From contig NIVC01004644.1 in NCBI GenBank assembly GCA_002269645.1, positions 1-39,706 of the forward strand: a DNA stretch of 39,706 nt, in the 5' to 3' direction. Of the stretch, positions 31,701 to 39,706 are shown in pieces. Position 1 is the first letter of the stretch, and every line of letters begins with the position of its first letter. Made by a program: the position numbers and the translations under genes. The notes below the pieces were generated by a model, which was not told the DNA's origin, made no database searches, and was given only the letters and a program-made list of their open reading frames with translations. The DNA is from Macrostomum lignano (Eukaryota).

Positions 31701-31747
31701 CTAACTGATATCTATTGTCACCTAACTGATATCTATTGTCACCTAAC
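28710..31747. repeat. 21-bp minisatellite (TGTCACCTAACTGATATCTAT), ~145 copies
   Basis: Period 21 read directly; homogeneous core with more variable edges. Confidence 0.97.
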
Positions 31748-32263
31748 AGTCCAACGCATCTAATTTTAAACACATTTAACAGTTTAACAGTAACAGTGAA
31801 TACAAAAAGAAATTTATTCTCCAGTGTCTGCTAAAAGCATTAATTTTTATCGCAGCATTGTTCTCAAAGCAAGAAATGAAATAAATCTGTTCATTCGAGA
31901 AGAATCAATTCCTATTGCATTAATCCAGCAAGAATCCACTATATATTAAACTGATTGAACTGATGCAAGGCAAGCATTTGTCTACTCTGATACAGTAGCC
32001 TGATATTGAAACACGAGACTCTCTGAAACAATGATGCAGTATTGAACGCGTATTGGATGCAGTGTGCATTTTTATCCCGTTTTAATCACTGCCGAATCAT
32101 GCTAGCCTGTCATTGTTTTGCATGGTTACGAGGAGCATTCTGTAGCTGGCAATAAGAGAGGCTCGAACCATCTATATAGGGATTAATTTAATAATTCCAA
32201 CTCTCTGCTGGTTAACAAACTAACAGTTTGCAGAAACTCCAGCTTTTATTGAAATCAAATGAT

Positions 32264-33208
32264 CCAGATAGGTGATTCCCAGTAGATAATCACTCCCAGA
32301 TAGCTGATTCTCTGTAGATAATCACTCCCAGATAGCTGATTCTCTGTAGATAATCACTCCCAGATAGCTGATTCTCTGTAGATAATCACTCCCAGATAGC
32401 TGATTCTCTGTAGATAATCACTCCCAGATAGCTGATTCTCTGTAGATAATCACTCCCAGATAGCTGATTCTCTGTAGATAATCACTCTCAGATAGCTGAT
32501 TCTCTGTAGATAATCACTCCCAGATAGCTGATTCTCTGTAGATAATCACTCCCAGATAGCTGATTCTCTGTAGATAATCACTCCCAGATAGCTGATTCTC
32601 TGTAGATAATCACTCTCAGATAGCTGATTCTCTGTAGATAATCACTCCCAGATAGCTGATTCTCTGTAGATAATCACTCCCAGATAGCTGATTCTCTGTA
32701 GATAATCACTCCCAGATAGGTGATTCCTTGTAGATAATCACTCCCAGATAGGTGATTTGCAATATAGATAATCACTCCCAGATAGGTGATTTGCAATATA
32801 GATAATCACTCCCAGATAGGTGATTTGCAATATAGATAATCACTCCCAGATAGGTGATTCTCTGTAGATAATCACTCCCAGATAGCTGATTCTCTGTAGA
32901 TAATCACTCCCAGATAGGTGATTCCTTGTAGATAATCACTCCCAGATAGGTGATTCTCTGTAGATAATCACTCCCAGATAGCTGATTCTCTGTAGATAAT
33001 CACTCCCAGATAGGTGATTCTCTGTAGATAATCACTCCCAGATAGCTGATTCTCTGTAGATAATCACTCCCAGATAGCTGATTCTCTGTAGATAATCACT
33101 CCCAGATAGGTGATTCCTTGTAGATAATCACTCCTAGATAGGTGATTTGCAATATAGATAATCACTCCCAGATAGGTGATTTGCAATATAGATAATCACT
33201 CCCAGATA
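32264..33208. repeat. 32-bp minisatellite (GTAGATAATCACTCCCAGATAGCTGATTCTCT), ~29 copies
   Basis: Period 32 read directly; the variant GATTTGCAATATAG is clustered at ~32755-32840 and ~33145-33195. Confidence 0.95.
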
Positions 33209-33800
33209 TGGGACTCGCTAGTGTGGACAGTCGCTTTATCACCCGGTAGATAATCAACTCCCAGGTGAATGATTAGACTGTAGATAATCATCCCCTATGT
33301 TAGGCAAAGCCTGACAAAGAAACGGCCTTCCCTAGATAGGGGTTTATTTTTAAGCAGGACCTCAAAATGCACAAGAACCTCAGCAGAAGGAAGCTACGAT
33401 GCAGAGCTCACAAATTGCAATTTTAAGCGCGGCTGCAGGTGGCCGGAGGAGAAGGTGACACGGACAATTTGAGTGGCAACAAACAGAGGCCAGGTTTGCG
33501 TGTAAATCTGTGAGAGCGGCTCAAGGCGGAGCAGAGTCGGGGCTGAGCAGGATGAACAGCTGCACAAAAAGCCAGTCCCAATTACAGGCTGGTCTCACGA
33601 CTGTCCCGAGCTTGGGTCCTCTTGTCCTTGTTGAGACTGCGTGAGGACTGCAGCTACTGAGCTCAAGGCTTCGCTTTGACAATTATCAATCGGAATTAGT
33701 CTGAGCCCTCTCTCTCCAGTGTTTAATAGACTTTTACTAAACACTCGTCACTTGTTTTTCAACCCCTCTTCATTTATTCATCAAATACTGTGAATTAGTG

Positions 33801-34507
33801 CCGAGGTAGGCTAACTCTTTGTCTTAAGGGCCAGATGGAGAACCTGGCCCATGACTGCGGGCCACAGGAGGGGAGAGAGGAGATGGAATAGAAAAGAGAC
33901 GAGAGAAGATAATAGAAGGGAGAGGAGAAGAGATAAGAAAGGAGAGAGGAGAGGAGGGAGAGAAAAGAAGAGAGAGAGGAGAGGAGAGGAGAGGAGAGGA
34001 GAGAGGAGAGGAGAGGAGAGGAGAGGAGAGGAGAGGAGAGGAGAGGAGAGGAGAGGAGAGGAGAGAGGAGAGGAGAGGAGAGGAGAGGAGAGGAGAGAAG
34101 AGAGGAGACAAGAGGAGAGGAGAGGAGAGAAGAGAGGAGACAAGAGGAGAGGAGAGGAGAGAAGAGGAGAGAAGAGAAGAGAGGAGACAAGAGGAGAGGA
34201 GAGGAGAGGAGAGGAGAGGAGAGGAGAGGAGAGGAGAGGAGAGGAGAGAGAGAGGAGAGAAGAGAGGGGAGAGGAGAGGAGAGGAGAGGAGAGGAGAGGG
34301 GAGGAGAGGAGAGGAGAGGAGAGGAGAGGAGAGGAGAGGAGAGGAGAGAAGAGGAGAGGAGAGAGGAGAGGAGAGGAGAGGAGAGGAGAGAAGAGAGGGA
34401 GAGATGAGATTAGAGAAGAGAGCTGAGAAGAGACACCAACCTTGAGCGGGCCATATTGCTATTGTGAAGTTTCAAAGGACCCGAGAGCCGGAGGTTGCAG
34501 ACCCCTG
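33801..34507 (+). mobile_element. Non-autonomous hAT(Charlie-like) MITE with 8-bp TSD, inflated by an internal (GGAGA)n tract
   Basis: TSD AATTAGTG at 33793-33800 and 34508-34515, with the central TA typical of hAT targets. Right end ..GGTTGCAGACCCCTG and degenerate left end CCGAGGTAGGCTAAC..AAGGGCCAGAT. Confidence 0.8.
33872..34440. repeat. Polypurine (GGAGA)n pentanucleotide microsatellite
   Basis: Read directly; almost purely A/G on the + strand. Confidence 0.95.
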
Positions 34508-35178
34508 AATTAGTGCAATTATAAATCGAATAGCACTGCTTGACCTTGGCTGCGCGCTAAGTTTCTCGAATATCACGATATACTTGAATTAATCCAATAA
34601 TCCCTATCATTTGCGCTCGATACAGTTTGTCGAAAGAGGCCTGACTGCATGTATACAGGATCAAGGATAAGTATGTATGAAAGGTACGGTAGCCATAGGA
34701 GATAAGAGGAAACAGGATATGTCTTAGCCATACAGGTAGACGAGAGGCTCATTTACAACTAAACTGAGTGGCCTCCTCCGATGTCAAGTTTTGTGCTTTT
34801 TGTGCTTTCATTTACGAGTATACAAAGACATGGCGGATTCCGCGTGCTTGGGGACTTCTCACACAGGATATAGCTGAGTTCTCCTAGGCTCTTATTCAAT
34901 AATTCATTGGACTAACGGGAATTAAGCTGGATTAAGAGGTGGCCGTGACGAACCTGCTGGATTTCGAGAGTTTATTAAGCGCGCCCATGACATTAGCGCG
35001 CCTGTGTATTTTTTGGCAGCCAATGTTCAGGATTCGATGAAAATAAGTATTTTCTATTGAAAGTGAAGCTGTGTTATGCACGAGGGATAAAAACCTGTTG
35101 TCTGGTAATTAGTGGGCACTTATGTCAGTTGCTGCCAAGTAAAGTACGCTTTTGTCAACAATCTGCCAATTAAAGTGC

Positions 35179-35432
35179 TGTCGTGTCGTGGCTGGCTAGC
35201 CAAACTTGAGCCGCAAATGGGCGAGAGGTTGTTATTTATTGTAGTTGGCATTGCACATAGATGTACATGCAGATACGAGTAAAGCATCAGCTAATAGATT
35301 AGACGGTTAGGCATAAGCGTACATTGACAGACAGAGCAGGCGGGGAGAGAGCAAGCAGTCCTAAACTCAGCGCCAATAACAATTGGGGTGCAGCCCCACA
35401 CTGCGCACTTCAAGTCAAGTCACGATACAACA
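35179..35432 (-). repeat. 3' LTR (254 bp)
   Basis: Direct repeat of 39310-39562; contains AATAAA on the minus strand. Confidence 0.97.
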
Positions 35433-35440
35433 TCCCCTCA

Positions 35441-38400
35441 TCACCAACGAGGAGACAGTCGGTCTGGGGCGACCCCTTTGGTCGACCTGCAGCTTCGTCG
35501 GGGCTCCGGTGTAGCTTCAGCGGCCTGCTGCGGTGGTGCCGCTGCGTCTGGCCGCTGGCTATCAGGTTCCGGGTTCCGGCCGCCTTCGTCAGGGTTCCGG
35601 CCGCCTTCGTCAGGGTTCCGGTCGCCGTCGTCAGGGCTCCGGCCGGCATCGTCAGGGTCCCGGCCGCTGTCGTCAGTGTTGTCCGTAACTTCCGCCCGGC
35701 TTGGACTCGGACGCAAGCGCAGCTGATCCCGGTGTGCCAGCACAGGCCTGTCATCCTTGTCCCGGGTGACCACGGCCGTGTTGTGGCCGGCCTGTACCAC
35801 AAAGCGGACGGTCTCAGCCGGCCCCCCCGGTCGCGACCGGTAGACGAGCGGCGCATCGGTGTCGAATTGGAGGGTCAGCGGACTTCGCAGCTGTCGCCCC
35901 ATAAGCGCAGATGGACTGCCACGCCCGTCGCCCCGCGGAGTGGCCCGGTAGTTAAGCAGCAGCTTGGCGAGGTACGCGTCGAACCGGCCCTGGTGCACGG
36001 CGAAGGCCCGCAGCCCCTTCTTGACGGTCTGGACCATGCGCTCGGCGCACCCGTTTGACTGCGGATGATACGGCGGCGAGTGCATCGGCGAGCAGCCGAT
36101 CTTCTTGAGCCACTCGTGCAGCTGCTGGTCACGGAACTCCGGAGCATTGTCCGCCACCAAGGTATGCGGCACACCCAGGCGGGAGAAAATCAGGCGGAGT
36201 ACCTTGATGACCGTCGTCGCGCTCTTGTCGGCAACAGGCACCGCTTCCGGCCAGCCGGAGAAGGCGTCCACCACAATGAGCAGCAGGCCGAAGCCGGGAA
36301 CGTGAGCATGGTCCATGTGCACACGTCTCCAGGGACCATCTTCAGCCGGCCAGGTGTGGCACGTTCTGGCAGGCATTGGACGGATCTCCGCGCATCGCTG
36401 GCATTGCTTGACGAAGTTTTCGACGTCCTCGCAGTGACCCGGCCACCAGGCTTCCAGCTTGAGTCGATTTCTTGTCGCTAGGGCACCGCAGTGCGAGTCG
36501 CCGTGAGCCGCTCGCAGCACGTCTTGCCGCAGCCGGCTAGGCGGGACCACCAGGTCTCTCAGGCAGACGACGCCATTCTCCACTGAGAGCTGCTGGCGGA
36601 CGGCTTTATACGGTCGCTCCGCTGCCGAGCAGTTGTTCCACGCATTGCTGCGGATCCTGCGCTTGACGCTGGCGAGTACCGGGTCATTGTCAGTGGCGTC
36701 TCTGATCTGCTCCAGCTTGAGCACCTCCGTCTCTGTCCAGTGAACGAAGCTTTCCTGGCAGTCGTCTCCATCGCCTTCCTCCTTGAATTCAATTCGAGAC
36801 AGCGCGTCGACATGCGGGATGCAGCTGCCCTTGATGTACGAGATTTCGTAGTCGAAGGCCGACAGCTGCAACGCCCAGCGCATGATCCTAGCCGATGTGA
36901 CCTTTGGAAGCTCCCGAGACGGACTAAAAATGAACTCCAATGGTTGATGATCGCACTGGAGCACAAACTTGCTGCCGAGAAGAAAGTGTCTGGCTCTCTG
37001 AGTGGCCCACACCACAGCCAGGGCCTCCCGCTCGATATTCGAGTAATTTCTCTCAGCCGGTGTCAGCCGTCTTGACAGGTACATCACTGGGTGCTCGTCC
37101 TGAGAGAGGATTGCTGCTATGGCCTTTTCGCTGGCGTCAGTAGTCAGAGTTGTGCGCTTTCTTGCATCGAAGATTCGGACCACTGGGGAAGCTGCAAGCG
37201 CCTGCTTGAGCTCGTCAAACGCTTTCTGCTGCCGAGGTCCCCAATGGAACGCGACTTTCTTGCTCCGCAGCTCGGTCAGCGGCTCGGTCTTCTCCGAGTA
37301 GGACTTGATGTAGCGCGAGTAGTACACCGTCATTCCAGAAACGATTCGAGTTCCTTTTTGCTCGCCGGGGTGCTCACGCCGAGGATTTTCTCCACCAGCT
37401 TCCGATCAGGGCGCACGCCGTCAGCCGCGATGCGGTAGCCAAGGAAACTGATTTCCGTGCTGCGGAAAACGCACTTTTTTTCGTTGATTGACATGCCGGC
37501 ATCAGAAAGCGCTCTCAGCAGGTCCCGGACTTTGCTGTCCAATTCGTCCGCTGTGGTGGCGCCAACGCACATGTCGTCTTGGTAGATCACCAGGTTGCTG
37601 ACCGCACCGCCGACCGTTGCCTCCATGGCAGCCTGGAACTGCGCACTGGCCGTCTTCACCCCGTATGGCATGCGCGTCCATCTGAGCAGGCCTAGGGGCG
37701 TGTTGATGGTGAGTATTTCTCTGGAGGCCTCGTCTAGCTCAATCTGGTTGTAGGCATTTGTTAAGTCTACAATTGCGAAGTGCTTCATACCTGCCAGGGC
37801 ACTGAAGGCTTGCTCGATGTTGGGCAGTGGGTAGGCGTCAGAGCAGATCTTCGGGTTCACCCCGACCTTGTAGTCGGAGCAGATTCTCAGGTCTCCGTCG
37901 GCCTTGCGCACCACCACAATGGGCGACGCCCAACTGCTGCCGCCTGGCGGCACGGGCTCGAGGATCCCGGCGTCGATCATCGTCCGCAGCTTAGCCACCA
38001 CCAGCGGCTTGAGATGAATCGGGAGCGGCCGGGCATCGAAGAAGCTGGGCTGAGCGTTCTCCCTGAGCAGGACCCGAGCACGGAAACCTTTGAGCTTGCC
38101 TAGCGGTTTGCTGCTGCGCTCCACTTGATTGACAGTCGCTGTGTCCAGCTTGAAGTCCAGCACGTCTGTTCCGATGAGGCCGTGCTCCTTTGTGCATTCG
38201 GTGACCGTCACGTCCGCACAGGCGATTTGTCTCCCGACTTCGATGAGCGCCGTGAAGCATCCTCTAGTTCTGATGACCGTTCCGTCAAATTGTCGCAGTC
38301 TCAGCTTGGACTTTCGTAGCTTGGGCTCACCGAGGCTCCTCCAGAAGTTTATCGGAATGATGCTCGCACCGGATCCAGAGTCGAGCTGCATTTTGAACGG

Positions 38401-39309
38401 CTTGCCTTCAATGAGCACAGTTTTTATGCTGCCGCTTCCGCTCTCGTTGCCGACGATGGTGTAGATGCCTGCCTGCTCACACTCACTCGTGTCGATTTCA
38501 TGGGCAGGTGCAACCGACTTGGACTTGGCGCTGCTCCTGCAGACTGCAGCAAAGTGGTTCCTGCGGTGGCACTTGTTACAGGTCTTCCCGAATGCAGGGC
38601 ATTTGCCTGGCTGGTGCTGCAGACCACACGACCTGCACTGAGCACCGCTATTGCGGTTCCTGTCGATGCTGGCAACTGGTGTCGAACTCTCAGCCGTCTC
38701 GGAGCTTCTGCTAGGCTCTCGGGCTTCAGCAGATCGGTCGCTTGAGCTGTAGCTCTGGATGAGCTCTAACTGCTGGATGTACTGCAGACACGTGTCCAGA
38801 GTCACTGGATTCTCAGAGCTCTGAATGTGCTCAAGTGTTTTAGTCCGCTGGCTGTGGTCGCACAAGCCGCTGATCAGCAGTGTTTGGATCAAGTCATCCT
38901 CGGCTGACTGTTTGCAGTCTTTTTCGTTGAGCTTGTCAAACTCACAGTGCTTTGCCGCGTCTCTCAAGCGCTCCGCGAACTGCTGGGCCGACTCTGTTGA
39001 CAGCTGCCGCTGGGACATGAACCTTGTGCGCTCTGCAATCACCAGTTTCTTTTTGGGCTGGAGTCGCCCGATGATCATTTTCTTGATGTCCTTGAAGGTC
39101 ATATCCTCAATGTTTTTCGGCTTTGCCATGATAGAGACGGATCGGACTGCATTGATTCCTGCTCGAGCAAGGAAGAGGTCTGTCACCTGCTTCTCTTCGT
39201 TTGTATCTCGCAGTTTTTTGTGCCTGCACAGTGCTTCAAAACTTTGCAGCCAGGCCTCAGCCATGGCTGGATCATTGAGAGGTAATTCACTGGCTGCTTG
39301 CGACGCCAT
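35441..39309 (-). CDS. gag-pol polyprotein (~1289 aa if the 1-nt deletion at ~37335 is corrected)
   Basis: Tandem Cys-His knuckles CRSCGLQHQPGKC and CNKCHRRNHFAAVC; protease LDSGS; RT WASPIV..YPLP..RMPYG..YQDD; RNase H TTDAS; integrase H..H..CQRC, HMDH, VDAFS, DNA, AERMV. SFLE* becomes SFLGMTVYY on adding one G. Confidence 0.93.
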
Positions 39310-39562
39310 TGTCGTGTCGTGGCTGGCTAGCCAAACTTGAGCCGCAAATGGGCGAGAGGTTGTTATTTATTGTAGTTGGCATTGCACATAGATGTACATG
39401 CAGATACGAGTAAAGCATCAGCTATAGATTAGACGGTTAGGCATAAGCGTACATTGACAGACAGAGCAGGCGGGGAGAGAGCAAGCAGTCCTAAACTCAG
39501 CGCCAATAACAATTGGGGTGCAGCCCCACACTGCGCACTTCAAGTCAAGTCACGATACAACA
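39310..39562 (-). repeat. 5' LTR (253 bp)
   Basis: Identical to the other LTR except GCTAATAG versus GCTATAG. Confidence 0.97.
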
Positions 39563-39706
39563 AGTGCGCTTATTGATAATGTCTGTGACTGTCTTTGAAA
39601 CGCGTACTTGTGTCATGCGCGTGTTTTTTTATTATATCACGCGAGAATAATAGAGAAGTCACGTGATCAGTGAATATGTGAGCCATGGACACCTAAAAGT
39701 AGAACT

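Larger units (their letters stand above)
35179..39562 (-). mobile_element. Complete Ty3/gypsy LTR retrotransposon, Mag-like, 4384 bp, with 5-bp TSD
   Basis: LTRs at 35179-35432 and 39310-39562 have TG..CA ends and differ by one indel. TSD AGTGC at 35174-35178 and 39563-39567. PBS TGGCGTCGCAAGCAG at 39308-39294; PPT GATGAGGGGA at 35442-35433. Domain order gag-PR-RT-RH-INT. Confidence 0.97.

Noticed and set aside
28710-31747. Telomere-like repeat (CCTAAC word)
   Set aside because: The unit is 21 bp and lacks tandem TTAGGG/TTAGG.
3262-33208. CRISPR-like arrays
   Set aside because: Units are contiguous with no unique spacers, no cas genes are present, and the context is eukaryotic.
33795-34426. 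ERRGE / SSPLL ORFs
   Set aside because: Translation of the (GGAGA)n microsatellite.

Overview
Eukaryotic (metazoan, invertebrate-like) genomic DNA with spliceosomal GT-AG introns. The style (GC/CpG-rich coding, Gly tracts, dense minisatellites) is reminiscent of the flatworm Macrostomum, but that is inference only. Host genes, all on the + strand: a two-exon PLAC8/cornifelin-family gene (2553-3249); a very divergent TRPV-like channel gene with two frameshifts (7317-9358) and a truncated paralogous 5' end (28230-28536); a five-exon DNA topoisomerase III alpha (17306-24989) with a candidate mitochondrial presequence; and an intronless single-pass membrane protein with a PPxY motif (25919-26407). 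Mobile DNA: a 5'-truncated RTE-like LINE with a 12-bp TSD (778-1620); a near-full-length RTE-like LINE with an inverted 5' half and a 9-bp TSD, matching twin-priming geometry (10748-13910), nested in a TIR element; a Crypton-like relic; a tRNA-derived SINE with a CORE/Nin-like domain; two hAT-like MITEs; and a complete, very young Mag-like Ty3/gypsy element (35179-39562). Roughly a quarter of the window is tandem repeat, with a different minisatellite in each of TOP3A introns 1-3. A ~2.25-kb block (14441-16694) is almost devoid of CpG. No CRISPR, rRNA or intact tRNA genes were seen. All coordinates and counts were obtained by eye.
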